Assembly (NCBI GenBank): GCA_965216315.1
Contig: CBDCFN010000016.1
Location: 1,888,001-1,952,000, forward strand
Source: a bacterium
GTDB lineage: Bacteria > UBA10199 > 2-02-FULL-50-16 > JAJFLM01
Reading direction: 5' to 3'
Length of the DNA: 64,000 nt
Below are positions 1-10,191 of this stretch, piece by piece. Position 1 is the first letter of the stretch. The number at the start of each line of letters is the position of its first letter. The notes beneath the pieces were generated by a model. That model saw only the letters and a list, made by a program, of their open reading frames with translations, did not search any database and was not told the DNA's origin. Made by a program: the position numbers and the translations under genes.

Positions 1-656
1 CGCTCTTGCAATATCTTGACCGCCGACTCCATATCGCCGACCAGGGCCATCCCAACAGCACCTTTGGCATGCAGAGCAAATTCATCGCTAGCAACATTAT
101 CCATCAAGGCCGCATAAAGAGGGCGCGCCCGGCTCCCAAGACGTGAGTTCATCAAAGAATCGGCTATTTCAGCCTGTGCCTGAGCACGTTCTGCCCCAGC
201 ATTGATGCCCAAAACGCTCTGAATACGCGCCATTTCGGTGCTTATCGTCATATTCAATCCGGCTTCAATCATATTCACGATCTTCTCAGCATAAAGATCG
301 ATTAACTCTTCTCTCGATATCTCTCGATTCCAAAAGCCCGCGAGCACCACCTCATGAATCGCTTTAGGCGTTTCCATCGGGTCATTTCCTACGGTCAGAT
401 ACATATGGATGCGTTGAGCCGCCTTAAAAAAGGGCTCTCCTGAACGAATTTTGCGGGTCATAATGGAGCGAGGTTGACTGACGACTTCGATCACACGCTC
501 CCAGGGCGCATCACGTTCAGTAAGGCCCTGTTCGACGAGAAAATTGTCGAGACGATTCAAAAAGCGGATTTCGACACTTGATTCGGTGGATGCAAGAATT
601 GGAAGTGCCGCGCCCATCATCCCAGTGACGGCGCTGGCGGCGCTGAGTGCAAACAT
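1..656 (-). CDS. hypothetical protein, runs off the left edge (3' partial)
   Basis: Read manually: ATG at 656 (MFALSAASAVTGMMGAALPILASTESS...), open to position 1 with no stop; AAGG upstream; absent from the ORF track because it is truncated. Confidence 0.75.
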   Translation of the reverse strand, partial: MFALSAASAVTGMMGAALPILASTESSVEIRFLNRLDNFLVEQGLTERDAPWERVIEVVSQPRSIMTRKIRSGEPFFKAAQRIHMYLTVGNDPMETPKAIHEVVLAGFWNREISREELIDLYAEKIVNMIEAGLNMTISTEMARIQSVLGINAGAERAQAQAEIADSLMNSRLGSRARPLYAALMDNVASDEFALHAKGAVGMALVGDMESAVKILQE

Positions 657-688
657 GCCCTAACCTTTCCGAACGATACCCGCAGCAC

Positions 689-716
689 TTATCGCACACG
701 CGCCAAAGAAGTTGCT
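689..716 (-). promoter_or_regulatory. alternative-sigma-like promoter GCAAC-N14-TGCGATAA
   Basis: Minus strand AGCAACttctttggcgcgtgTGCGATAA, 32 nt upstream of ATG 656; one of 8 similar sites. Confidence 0.55.
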
Positions 717-744
717 CCTCAATATATCTTTAATTTATAGGCAG

Positions 745-1914
745 TTACGGCTTTTTTTTGATTAAAAGCCTTCTCTCGATTTCGAAGATTTTATCGGCGA
801 TCTTTTCTTTGCCAGCGGCTTTCTTAGCCCCCTCCTTCATAAAGAGATCGGGTCCGTATTTTTCGACTGCTTCCGCTGCCGTAATATTCTTAACTCCAAT
901 CAACTGAAACGAAACAATGCCGGCGTCGAGACCCTCGGGCCCCGGCTCGACAGAAAGAACCCGGCTGATCGCTCCGATCGTATCCCCCGCGAAAGCCGGC
1001 TGGGTGTGATAGCCCTCGGTATAGCCGAGATCCCACAACGCATTTTCCGAAACATCGCGACTGGCCAACCCACAGAGCCATGCAAAGACAAGCCCCCCAT
1101 AAACAATCGGCTCACCGCTCATCGGTCCCTTGCGGGATTTAGAGAAAAGGCGGTCATAGTGGAGTGGATGCGTATTCATCACTCGATACGTCCACGGCAC
1201 ATGTTCGTCGGTGATCGTCCGCCCGTTCTTATGAATGATGACATCACCGACCTCAAAGTCTTCAAAATAAGTCTTGGTCCCGGTTACATTTTTAGGAAGC
1301 AACCCCGGTATCGGGATCTGTAATTCAATATCATCCGTATCTTCAAAGCTTTCACCTGTCACGGTTGTGGGCGCTGATTTTTGACCCGCAGGCGCGACCA
1401 TAATTTTGCGATCATATTGCAGGACAAGTTCACTATTTTGGTTGAGGGCAATCGTTCGGACGGTCACAATACCTGGTTTTTCGCCGCGCTCTTTCCGCTC
1501 AAGCACCTTTGTCTTCGCCATCAAGGTATCACCGGGATAAACCGTCTGCAGGAAGTGCATATCGTAATAACCTAGGTTAGCGACGGCCTTTTCCGAATCG
1601 TTCTGCACACCCAACGAAAGCGCCAGATTCATGACCATCAGCGGGGACAAAGGAATATCTTTATAGCCATGGGCCTTGGCAACCTGCTCATTCAGATAAA
1701 TGGGATTGGTCTCCATAAACTCTTGGGCGAACTCAATGGCAAAAGCACGGTCAACGGTTAATCCCCGGGGATGCGTGAAAACCTCTCCCGGTTCGAAGTC
1801 TTCGAGGACGCGACCATATTGTGGCGCTTTCACTTTGTCCGGAACGGCAACCTGCTGATCTGGTGCTAACTCGGGGTGCTTCTTACTTACTTTCAATTTC
1901 ACTTCTTTTGCCAT
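745..1914 (-). CDS. tandem MaoC-domain dehydratase (mesaconyl-CoA hydratase / beta-methylmalyl-CoA dehydratase-like)
   Basis: Two (L/F)EDFExG hot-dog repeats; AVANLGY...VYPGDTL...GIVTVRT resembles the Mch family. Confidence 0.8.
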   Translation of the reverse strand: MAKEVKLKVSKKHPELAPDQQVAVPDKVKAPQYGRVLEDFEPGEVFTHPRGLTVDRAFAIEFAQEFMETNPIYLNEQVAKAHGYKDIPLSPLMVMNLALSLGVQNDSEKAVANLGYYDMHFLQTVYPGDTLMAKTKVLERKERGEKPGIVTVRTIALNQNSELVLQYDRKIMVAPAGQKSAPTTVTGESFEDTDDIELQIPIPGLLPKNVTGTKTYFEDFEVGDVIIHKNGRTITDEHVPWTYRVMNTHPLHYDRLFSKSRKGPMSGEPIVYGGLVFAWLCGLASRDVSENALWDLGYTEGYHTQPAFAGDTIGAISRVLSVEPGPEGLDAGIVSFQLIGVKNITAAEAVEKYGPDLFMKEGAKKAAGKEKIADKIFEIERRLLIKKKP

Positions 1915-1924
1915 TTCATATTCC

Positions 1925-3571
1925 TTATAAAAATTGCTTCAATAACGATGGAGCAATGACTCTAAGTGCGAGAACTTCTTCAGCCCCTTCAAAAATAGAG
2001 AAGACACGCGAGTCGACGTAGTAGCGACTGACGGGATATTCTTCCGCATAACCATATCCACCGTGAATCTGTAGGGCCTCCCGCGTCACCCATTCCGAGA
2101 TGCGCGACGCATAAAACTTAACCAGTGTCGCTTCCATTTGGCCTTCGCCTTTATCCATCAAACGGGCGCAGTGATAGGTCAACTGGCGGCAGGCCTGAAT
2201 AATCATCGCCATACGTGTCAGTTTCCACTGGGTCATTCCGTATTCAAAAATAGGCTTGCCAAAAACCTTACGTTCGTCTGAATAGCGCAGTGCCGACTCA
2301 AAGGCCGCCTGCATCACACCCAAGGCACGCGCTGCCGTCTGCAGACGCCCTGCCGAGAAACCCGCCATCTGCATATAAAAGCCCTTACCCAACCCTTCTT
2401 CACCGCCAATCAGATTTTCATCGGGCACAAAATAGTCTTCAAAGGAGACCTCATATGAGTGCATCCCTCGGTAACCGATCGTCGGGATCGCCTTACCTTC
2501 AATATGTCCGCCGCCCTCTTGATCATGTGAAAACTCGTGACCCTCAAAACGCGGCTTTTCAGCGATCAATATTGAAAAACCCTTGTGACGCTTCGACATA
2601 TCAGGATCCGTTCGGGCAAGAACCATGATCAGGTCGGCATAGCCGGCAAACGTACACCAAGTCTTAACGCCGTTGATCAACCAGCCACCTTCGGTTTTTT
2701 TGGCACTGACTTTCATGCCGGCAACGTCGGAACCATAATCAGGTTCAGTCGCGGCCACCGCGCACATTTTTTCACCCGTCGCCAGAAGAGGCAGCCATTT
2801 TTCTTTTTGCGCTTCCGTACCCCCCTTCATGATGGCCTTCGAAAGAATTTCGGGACGCGTAATCAAACTCCCTGCAATCCCCAATGAAGCCCGTGACAAG
2901 GCCTCCGTCACGACGATCATTGCCGTGTTATCCGGATTTTCATCATCCTGAAAACCATCATATTTCTGCGGGATAGAGAGGCCAAAACAACCCAGTTCCG
3001 CAAGGCCTGAGATTATCTCTTCCGGAATCAATAAATCTTCGCGATGAACTTTTTCCGTTATCGGCACGACATTATCCTCGCCGAATTTCCTAAACGTCTC
3101 GCGATACATCTCATGGTCTTCCGAAAGACCAAAAGCCCCGCCTCCTTTTTCTTTTACCAACTCAGCCGCGCGTTGATACTCTTGGGCATCAACAGCCCCG
3201 GCAACCAACTTGCTGATTTCATCATTCCAAATACACTGGCGAAGGAATTTTGTATCCACTCCGAATTCGGCGCTTCGGTTGGCGACTTTATCGGAGATAT
3301 GGTTGATCGTTTCCCCTAAAAAGAGGCTGGCTAAGCTCGTCTCGACATCACCGCCCTGCTCTTTCGCATAGGTGATGATTTGCTTAGCCGCGAGCAGTTC
3401 GCTGGCCATCCACGCATAGTCGTAAGCGGCAACTTGATTCTCATCGAGCTTGGCCGTGGCGATTTTGCCATCAACAGTGCACCGCTCTGCCATTGATTGA
3501 CCGATGGTCTCCAGCACTTTATCGGCAGCTGCAATGATTTTATCTGATTGCTCCAAGATTGCTGACATCAT
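1925..3571 (-). CDS. acyl-CoA dehydrogenase with N-terminal extension (methylsuccinyl-CoA dehydrogenase-like)
   Basis: [29 protein letters not shown] and IFEGAEE motifs; 548 aa with about 150 aa of N-terminal extension as in Mcd. Confidence 0.85.
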   Translation of the reverse strand: MMSAILEQSDKIIAAADKVLETIGQSMAERCTVDGKIATAKLDENQVAAYDYAWMASELLAAKQIITYAKEQGGDVETSLASLFLGETINHISDKVANRSAEFGVDTKFLRQCIWNDEISKLVAGAVDAQEYQRAAELVKEKGGGAFGLSEDHEMYRETFRKFGEDNVVPITEKVHREDLLIPEEIISGLAELGCFGLSIPQKYDGFQDDENPDNTAMIVVTEALSRASLGIAGSLITRPEILSKAIMKGGTEAQKEKWLPLLATGEKMCAVAATEPDYGSDVAGMKVSAKKTEGGWLINGVKTWCTFAGYADLIMVLARTDPDMSKRHKGFSILIAEKPRFEGHEFSHDQEGGGHIEGKAIPTIGYRGMHSYEVSFEDYFVPDENLIGGEEGLGKGFYMQMAGFSAGRLQTAARALGVMQAAFESALRYSDERKVFGKPIFEYGMTQWKLTRMAMIIQACRQLTYHCARLMDKGEGQMEATLVKFYASRISEWVTREALQIHGGYGYAEEYPVSRYYVDSRVFSIFEGAEEVLALRVIAPSLLKQFL

Positions 3572-3579
3572 ATCCCCCT

Positions 3580-4587
3580 TTAAGCTGCCGCTGATTGATC
3601 CGCAAAAAACGCCTGCTCAACCTTTTCATCCAACTTAACACCTGTCAGATGGGCTTGTTGCACGAGTTCCCAGTAGTATCGATACGTGGCGCGGTCATGG
3701 AGATCACCCGCAAACTGCACCGGGCCCCAATTATTTTCTTGTGCTAACAACAAAATATCACCCGCTTTTTTAACTTGTGAATAGTCCGGGCGCATCGCAT
3801 CAACAATAGAATCAATCTGCGTGGGATAGATCGACCACATCCTCAAGAACCCAAAGTCATACCGCGCCCGACGTGCATCTTGGTATGTTTTATACTTGTC
3901 TTTAAGATCGAGCGTCACATTGTGTGCAGGAACGATTCCATTCGTTAAGGCTGCCGCCACAACAGTGGCTTTGGCACGACGTAATTGTTCATGTTCAAAC
4001 TGACCCGGTGATTTCATACAGCTATCGGGAATGGCGCCGTGAAAACCTGACACAAAGTCCATTAAACCGAAATCCAATACCTGCATCCACGGCATGGCCG
4101 CAATCTCAAAGGCATCCCGAAGGGCACCGTGCGTTTCGACCAAGACATGGATGGGAATTTCGCGACTGATGTTATTGTCCTTGGCGACCTGCTGAATGTA
4201 GCTGATCATCTCTTTGACCTGCTGGCCATTGGTCGGCTTGGGTATCGTAATGTAAGCGGTTGTTTCACCCGCTCCCGGAACGATGATGTCGACGTCTTGC
4301 TTCCAGTGGGGGTTATCGTAATCATGGATGCGGATCCCCGCCATTTTGAACTTGTTGGTCTCGGAATTGGCCATATCCACGACCATCTGGGCATGTTCTT
4401 TTTCTTTGCCCGTCGGTGCGCCGTCTTCACAGTCCATCGTGATATCGAAGACGCCGCCCTTTTTATCCTGCAGTTCGAAGGCCTTGTTGATCAGTTTTTC
4501 AGAGCCGGCAAAATGCTCACAGGTGGGAATGACGGGAAAAGGCTTCTCTCCCTTAAAAAGCGCGTCCTTGGGATGTGTCTTCGACAT
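3580..4587 (-). CDS. HpcH/HpaI aldolase/citrate lyase (CitE-like; malyl-CoA lyase superfamily)
   Basis: DCEDGA, GIRI, LVET, FGLMDF and WSIYPTQI motifs. Confidence 0.85.
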   Translation of the reverse strand: MSKTHPKDALFKGEKPFPVIPTCEHFAGSEKLINKAFELQDKKGGVFDITMDCEDGAPTGKEKEHAQMVVDMANSETNKFKMAGIRIHDYDNPHWKQDVDIIVPGAGETTAYITIPKPTNGQQVKEMISYIQQVAKDNNISREIPIHVLVETHGALRDAFEIAAMPWMQVLDFGLMDFVSGFHGAIPDSCMKSPGQFEHEQLRRAKATVVAAALTNGIVPAHNVTLDLKDKYKTYQDARRARYDFGFLRMWSIYPTQIDSIVDAMRPDYSQVKKAGDILLLAQENNWGPVQFAGDLHDRATYRYYWELVQQAHLTGVKLDEKVEQAFFADQSAAA

Positions 4588-4705
4588 GGTCTATCTCCTT
4601 AAAATATAATGGAATTTCTGCTATGAGCCCCTCATAGAGGGACGGCTAGTTCTAGCGAATTCTGACGCGCAATGTCAAGGCAGGGAACAGGCCACCCGGC
4701 GGCAA

Positions 4706-5116
4706 TTAATCATTGTCCTGAGAGAGCTCCAATAGCAGTCCGCCCGTTGATTTGGGGTGCACAAAGGCCACTTTCTTATGGTGAGCCCCAATGCGAGGAG
4801 TTTCATCGATCAGCTGGATACCGGCGGCTTTATAGGCCGCGATAGCCGCCTCAATATCATCAACCTCGACACAGACATGATGGATTCCACCGCGTCCCTG
4901 CTTGGCTATATACTTGCCGATCGGCCCGTCCGGAGATGTGGATTCTAGCAGCTCCAAATTGGACTCGCCGACACTAAAAAAGGCCGTCTTTACCTTTTGT
5001 TCGGCGACTTCTTCAAAGTGTTCGGGGCCCTTGCCCAGCAGTTGCGTGTAGCGCTCAACCGCCTCTTCAAGGTTTTCTACGGCAATTCCAATATGATCGA
5101 TCTTTTTAAACATCAT
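4706..5116 (-). CDS. mce: methylmalonyl-CoA epimerase
   Basis: IDHIGIAV, ELLE, GGIHH and FVHPKSTGGLLLEL motifs. Confidence 0.92.
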   Translation of the reverse strand: MMFKKIDHIGIAVENLEEAVERYTQLLGKGPEHFEEVAEQKVKTAFFSVGESNLELLESTSPDGPIGKYIAKQGRGGIHHVCVEVDDIEAAIAAYKAAGIQLIDETPRIGAHHKKVAFVHPKSTGGLLLELSQDND

Positions 5117-5177
5117 TGATTCCTTATTTAATTAGTTGGACAGCTCCTGCCAGTAAGGTACTATAGACCTCTCGCAA

Positions 5178-6554
5178 ATGACCTATCAACAAAAAATCAT
5201 TCGAACGCTGCGCTGCAAGAATAAAAAGGCTATCGGCGTCTTCGCAAAATTGACGACAGCAATCTCTTCATTGGGAGGCGACATCGGTGACATTCGAACC
5301 GTCACGATGGGCCAACTCTATAATGTCCGCGATATCACCGTCGTATGTGATAGCCAACAACAACTTGACCATATCCTGACGGCCATCAAAGGATTCCCTG
5401 AAATCACCGTCGAACAAGTTATCGATGATGTCCTGCAATTACACCAGGGCGGTAAGATAAAGGTTGTGCCCCGCTATCCGGTCCAATCGATTGATGATCT
5501 ACGCCGGGTCTATACGCCGGGTGTGGCCGCCGTCTCTTACCTACTCAAAGAGGACCCCCAAAAAGCGCATCTCTACACGACCATTGGGCGCACGGTCGCA
5601 TTGGTAACCAATGGGACGCGTGTGCTTGGCCTCGGCGCCATCGGACCCGTTGCCGCCATGCCGGTTATGGAGGGTAAGGCCGCACTGTTTTGCCAATTCA
5701 CCGGCCTGCAGATGATCCCCATCCTGGTCGACACGACTAATAAAAATGATTTTATCAAGACCGTCAAAACCATCGCCTGCGGTTTCGCGGCCATCCAACT
5801 GGAAGATATCGCGACACCCGCCTGCTATGACATTGAAACCGAACTCGACAAGAGTCTACCCATCCCCGTGATGCATGATGACCAGCATGGGACCGCGGTT
5901 GTCGCGCTTGCCGCGGCACTGAATGCCTGCAAAATCGTCGGCCTTGATTTTAAACAGGCGAATGTGGGCCAAATCGGGCTAGGCGGTGCGGGGTCGGCAA
6001 TTAGTCGTTTGATCATGAGCTACACCGGCAAACCCACTTATGGCGCCGATCTCGGCAAATATGCGGTCAAACGCCATCAAAGCATGGGTGGCATCGCCTC
6101 AAGTCTGGAAGAAATCATGAAACAATGTGATCTCGTCATTGCCACGACGGGCGTGGGCGGCATCATCGATCCGGACACGGTTCGCAAGGGACAGGTCATC
6201 CTGGCCCTTTCCAATCCCCAACCTGAAATCGTCATTGAAGACGCGCTTGCCGCCGGAGCCGCGTTTGCTAGCGACGGCAGCCGCGTCAATAATCTCATTG
6301 GTTATCCCGGCATACTCAAAGGCGCGATTGACAGCCGCGCCAAATGTATCACTCAAGAGATGTACTTGGCGGCCGCTGAAATCATCGCGCAAAAAGCGCC
6401 TGATAAGGAATTGATTCCTGACCCGCTGGACCCATCGGTGCACAAAGCCGTCGCCAAGGCCGTTGCGCAAGCAGCCATCGGCAGCGGGGTCGCGCAAATT
6501 CTCCTCGATAGTGACTATTTTGATGAGCGGGGAGATCGAGAGATAGTTACCTAA
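5178..6554 (+). CDS. NAD(P)-dependent malic enzyme with N-terminal ACT domain
   Basis: [30 protein letters not shown] and ALSNP motifs. Confidence 0.9.
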   Translation: MTYQQKIIRTLRCKNKKAIGVFAKLTTAISSLGGDIGDIRTVTMGQLYNVRDITVVCDSQQQLDHILTAIKGFPEITVEQVIDDVLQLHQGGKIKVVPRYPVQSIDDLRRVYTPGVAAVSYLLKEDPQKAHLYTTIGRTVALVTNGTRVLGLGAIGPVAAMPVMEGKAALFCQFTGLQMIPILVDTTNKNDFIKTVKTIACGFAAIQLEDIATPACYDIETELDKSLPIPVMHDDQHGTAVVALAAALNACKIVGLDFKQANVGQIGLGGAGSAISRLIMSYTGKPTYGADLGKYAVKRHQSMGGIASSLEEIMKQCDLVIATTGVGGIIDPDTVRKGQVILALSNPQPEIVIEDALAAGAAFASDGSRVNNLIGYPGILKGAIDSRAKCITQEMYLAAAEIIAQKAPDKELIPDPLDPSVHKAVAKAVAQAAIGSGVAQILLDSDYFDERGDREIVT

Positions 6555-7729
6555 TTCCCGGCATACTCGGCACCACCACGCGAGCGATACAAGACACCAA
6601 AATCGGGGGCTTGGCCGTTAACCGCACCACTCAGCCATTGGATCCGACCATTGTGTCTTACCGTCTCATAGACAAGGATTTCCCGCAGCGGAGCAATTGT
6701 TACGGGATCCCCATCATAGGGTGATTCCTGCTTGAATTTGTCCAGTATCGTGTGGGTTGATAAAACGACCGCACCGGATTCCGACAAATTCGGGTTGAGA
6801 ATCAGCGTATCAACTTGGCCCTCATTGATCGCACGGAACACTTTCTCACGATTGACACTGCCATATCCCTGAGAGATGCGCCCCAATGACAATTTAGCCA
6901 CATCATCATGTTCCTGCAATTCCTCATAGCGACGCAACGAATCAAGTCCGCGGCGAATCAATTGATTGGGGCTCACCCCATCAACGACATCTTCTCCAAT
7001 CAGTCGACGGGCGACTTGATCCGGAAGACTTTTTCTAAGCATCGGCAACTCCCGCCGCTGACCCAAGAGGACAAATTTCATGTCGGAATGACGTATCGCA
7101 ATCTTCTCGAGTTCATGTCCGACCTCTTTTAAGAAATGTTCAACATCCACATCGTGCTTCCGTTGAAAGCGGGCTTGCGACCATCCGCCCTGCTTATGAT
7201 GCGACCATATTTCGGTCTCCAATTTACGCTGATCAATCAAAAATCCTTCCATCAATTGGAAAATCTGCGCTTCTTCCTGTTTGAAAGAGCAAATACACAA
7301 AGGCTCATAGTCATCGCGTAGTGCTACCAGGGGGCCCAGCGCAGGCAGGCCTAACACATATGAGTTGTTAGGCAACGGCAGATAACTCGCATAACTCAAT
7401 ACATCCGCTTCTTCTTCAGAGGCAAAAAACGCAATCCCATGAAAACACCCTTTGTCTTTATCATTGAGGAAACTATCCGCCTGCTTGGCAATCGTCTGGA
7501 TTTTATTTTTCCATTCGCGACTTCGCGCCTGCAATTCACTAATCTCTTTTGAGCGCAAAGTATGGTCTAAAAAAATTCGAACGCGCTTGCGTTGTTCCAA
7601 ATCATGGCCATGAGATTGTAGATAAAGGGACAGTATCGACCTTTCCGGATCGACAGGAATTGATGAGAGTTTTCGGATCAGAGCACCCAAGGACAGCGTC
7701 GCTGTCTCATTTACCATAAGCGTCTCCAT
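6551..7729 (-). CDS. bacterial archaeo-eukaryotic release factor homologue (eRF1/baeRF10-like)
   Basis: LSLYL N-domain, GIAFF, HKQGGWSQARFQR loop, C-domain AINEGQVDTLIL...FGVLYR. Confidence 0.75.
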   Translation of the reverse strand: METLMVNETATLSLGALIRKLSSIPVDPERSILSLYLQSHGHDLEQRKRVRIFLDHTLRSKEISELQARSREWKNKIQTIAKQADSFLNDKDKGCFHGIAFFASEEEADVLSYASYLPLPNNSYVLGLPALGPLVALRDDYEPLCICSFKQEEAQIFQLMEGFLIDQRKLETEIWSHHKQGGWSQARFQRKHDVDVEHFLKEVGHELEKIAIRHSDMKFVLLGQRRELPMLRKSLPDQVARRLIGEDVVDGVSPNQLIRRGLDSLRRYEELQEHDDVAKLSLGRISQGYGSVNREKVFRAINEGQVDTLILNPNLSESGAVVLSTHTILDKFKQESPYDGDPVTIAPLREILVYETVRHNGRIQWLSGAVNGQAPDFGVLYRSRGGAEYAGN

Positions 7730-7803
7730 TGTTTAGAGCTTCACGAGCCGGGTTGAAGGGAATTGACCTGGAAAGCTGAGGATTTAAACTGAAATAGTTC
7801 CTA

Positions 7804-7831
7804 CGCAACAAATCCATGATAAGGCCGATTA
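7804..7831 (+). promoter_or_regulatory. alternative-sigma-like promoter CGCAAC-N14-GCCGATTA
   Basis: CGCAACaaatccatgataagGCCGATTA, intergenic, oriented towards the SLT gene. Confidence 0.55.
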
Positions 7832-7967
7832 CGCGTATTGTCAAAGCCATAGCGCCTAGAGTCCCAAAATGAGACGCCCGCGCCCCATCCTGGGGTCCTG
7901 ACACCCCGAACCTGACCTCACTTTGACCATAACCTACTGTAATTATTGAATAATTTAATCATTCCAC

Positions 7968-7984
7968 TTGGCATCTATCCTGCA
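7968..7984 (+). promoter_or_regulatory. sigma-54 (-24/-12) promoter
   Basis: TTGGCAtctatccTGCA, GG-N10-GC spacing, preceded by an AT-rich tract. Confidence 0.6.
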
Positions 7985-7999
7985 TGTATATAAGATGTC

Positions 8000-8788
8000 A
8001 TGTCGAACCCTTCGATGAAAAATATGTCGGTCCAATCCGGGCTCTGCCAGGATGCCACCAAACCGCGACAGACCAAGTATAGCCGGCAGGGCCGTGAAAT
8101 CTTCGGTTTCAACAACAAGCTGAATCAGGCCCTCCAGAGCGTCCCTCAAAACACGAGTCAGCGCATCGATCAGGCCATCAAATCGGCTTCCGCGAAATAC
8201 CGTGTGCCCGAGAATATGATCCGCGCCGTGATGAAACAAGAGAGTGCCTTCAATCCAAAAGCCACATCTCACTGCGGCGCCCAGGGACTCATGCAACTCA
8301 TGCCCGGAACGGCCAAAGAAATGGGCGTTAAAAACGCCTACAATATTGAAGAAAATATTGAGGGTGGCACCAAGTATCTTTCCCGCATGCTGAAAACTTT
8401 TGGTGGCAACAAGAAACTCGCCTTGGCGGCTTATAATGCCGGTCCCGGCGCCGTCATGAAGTACAATGGCATTCCGCCCTACCGCGAAACTCAAAACTAC
8501 GTCCAACGCATCACGGCTAGCATGGAGCGCGGCACAGTGCGCATTCCCGAAAATTTACCGGATGCCCCGGGCGCGCCGACTCAAGTTCCCGCAATTCCGC
8601 AAGCGGATACATTGGTTGCGAATTACACGCCCGTCAATGAGATATCCGGGCCTTCACAGATCCAGGCAAGTGATATCCTCATGTCATCGACAATTCGAAA
8701 TGATATGACTTCAAAAGTGAATGAATCGCGTGAACGTGCAGATGAAGCCCCTGCAAAGGAAATCCCTTCACACGCTCTTTTTGTTTAG
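8000..8788 (+). CDS. lytic transglycosylase (SLT domain) with Pro/Ser-rich tail
   Basis: QESAFNP, GAQGLMQLMP, ALAAYNAGPG and IPPYRETQNYV motifs; no signal peptide seen; start uncertain. Confidence 0.92.
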   Translation: MSNPSMKNMSVQSGLCQDATKPRQTKYSRQGREIFGFNNKLNQALQSVPQNTSQRIDQAIKSASAKYRVPENMIRAVMKQESAFNPKATSHCGAQGLMQLMPGTAKEMGVKNAYNIEENIEGGTKYLSRMLKTFGGNKKLALAAYNAGPGAVMKYNGIPPYRETQNYVQRITASMERGTVRIPENLPDAPGAPTQVPAIPQADTLVANYTPVNEISGPSQIQASDILMSSTIRNDMTSKVNESRERADEAPAKEIPSHALFV

Positions 8789-8804
8789 AGCAGACACTTA
8801 CAAA

Positions 8805-9203
8805 TCAATGCACTTGGCTGGATGGCATGCCAACAAGCTGACTGAGTTGTCTAAAAACAAAGTCGAGAAAGCGTTTCTTGTCATCTTCTTCGATATAACG
8901 AATGATCGCACCGACTTCGTAACTTGAGTCCGAAATCTGATTCTGCCAGACAACTTCACAACTTGCCATAACCGGTTCACTATCCTGTCCTTCTATCGTG
9001 ATTTCTAGATCCAGGGTCGCACCATTGTCCAAGGGTGTTGGCGTCATGAGGCGAATACCGGTCGCGCTAATATCACTGCTCATCGCCTCAGCCATTTCGG
9101 TGACCTCACCACTTTCATCACGAACCACGTAATTGACTGAGAGTGCTATATCCAGGCGTGCATAGCGGCGTCGTTCGATTGGAGACTCTACTGATTGAGC
9201 CAT
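8805..9203 (-). CDS. single-domain PilZ protein (c-di-GMP receptor)
   Basis: ERRRYAR (RxxxR) and DISATG (DxSxxG) motifs; GGAGG SD before ATG 9203. Confidence 0.88.
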   Translation of the reverse strand: MAQSVESPIERRRYARLDIALSVNYVVRDESGEVTEMAEAMSSDISATGIRLMTPTPLDNGATLDLEITIEGQDSEPVMASCEVVWQNQISDSSYEVGAIIRYIEEDDKKRFLDFVFRQLSQLVGMPSSQVH

Positions 9204-9220
9204 CAACTTCCTCCCTTAAT

Positions 9221-9249
9221 GGGGGAGAGAGTTCTTCCCCCCTGACTAT
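9221..9249. repeat. GC-rich hairpin repeat, family B copy 1
   Basis: GGGGGAGAGAG-ttct-TCCCCCCtgACTAT; similar to 12454-12486. Confidence 0.55.
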
Positions 9250-9266
9250 TATTTAATCAGTAATAA

Positions 9267-9295
9267 GCATCGGCAACATAGTCAAGATAGTTGCG
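9267..9295 (-). promoter_or_regulatory. alternative-sigma-like promoter CGCAAC-N15-GCCGATGC (PilZ gene)
   Basis: Minus strand CGCAACtatcttgactatgttGCCGATGC. Confidence 0.6.
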
Positions 9296-9335
9296 TTATC
9301 CGCCGGATTAGCGGGTTGAATTGGGGTCTTCGGCG

Positions 9336-9348
9336 TAACTAATTGATA
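9336..9348. promoter_or_regulatory. IHF-type binding site
   Basis: TAACTAATTGATA is the exact reverse complement of WATCAANNNNTTR; lies between the two divergent promoters. Confidence 0.45.
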
Positions 9349-9395
9349 TTGCTTAATTTTTAAAGGGATTTTCTCCCCGCATTTCGCTAAAACAA

Positions 9396-9424
9396 CGCAA
9401 CTTCCCCCTTGAAAATGCCGATAT
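9396..9424 (+). promoter_or_regulatory. alternative-sigma-like promoter CGCAAC-N15-GCCGATAT
   Basis: CGCAACttcccccttgaaaatGCCGATAT, 41 nt before ATG 9466. Confidence 0.65.
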
Positions 9425-9465
9425 ATAGTGATGGAGGAGTGCCTTAAGCACCGAGAAAAGCAACT

Positions 9466-10179
9466 ATGAGCCGCATTGATAAACTCGAATTGAATCTACG
9501 CAATATGGGCAGTGCGCTGCGGCGTACAGCCCGCGGTGGGGCCTCGCGCCATGCGGGAGAAATTCAAAAAAGTTTTGGTGAGAAACCACCGAAACAGGCG
9601 GACATTTCCAGAGACCCGGAGCTCATGAAACTTTTTAGTCAACGCGGGCTCATTGGTTGGCTTGAAGAAAAGATCAAACGCGCCTCCCGTCACCAAGGTA
9701 AAATTATTCCGGCAGAGGACATTACCGCCATGGCAATGCCTCACATCCCCGGGAGACAGGAAGGGAATAAAGTCTTTCTTGGGGTTGAATTTGCGCGCAA
9801 GAATCAAGACGACCCTGACTTGATTGCGGGCGTTCTTTCTCACGAATGGGGACATCTGATCAGTGATTTTCTCACCGGCCTTGACCCTGAAAACATGGGC
9901 CTCAACGAAATCTTTTCGCTCCGTCGCGAAGAAGAAACCTATGCCGATGCATACGCGGGAAGACTTCTTCAACTCATTGGACACAACCCCGACGGACTGC
10001 TTCGTCATTTAGAAGCGCATGATTGCAGCTCAGCCAAATACTTCAATTTTGAAGTTCGCAAGGCGATCATCTTAGCGGCTTATGAAGCCCAACTTAAACA
10101 AAAAGAAACGGCTGCCAAAATATTCGCCCCGCAAGGGCAACGCCATTCTCTCAATGCGCGCCTGATCGCCGTCGCCTAG
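9466..10179 (+). CDS. putative zinc metalloprotease (HExxH, M48-like)
   Basis: VLSHEWGH followed by EETYADAYAG. Confidence 0.65.
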   Translation: MSRIDKLELNLRNMGSALRRTARGGASRHAGEIQKSFGEKPPKQADISRDPELMKLFSQRGLIGWLEEKIKRASRHQGKIIPAEDITAMAMPHIPGRQEGNKVFLGVEFARKNQDDPDLIAGVLSHEWGHLISDFLTGLDPENMGLNEIFSLRREEETYADAYAGRLLQLIGHNPDGLLRHLEAHDCSSAKYFNFEVRKAIILAAYEAQLKQKETAAKIFAPQGQRHSLNARLIAVA

Positions 10180-10191
10180 CCTTACTCATTT

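Noticed and set aside
517..699. 60-aa ORF in the track
   Set aside because: Overlaps the longer edge-truncated ORF (1-656) and its promoter motif; no recognisable features.
7955..8506. 183-aa antisense ORF (and similar shadows such as 4129-4602, 9496-10008, 54121-54651, 61248-61817)
   Set aside because: These lie opposite well-supported genes and have no motifs; they are codon-bias shadows.
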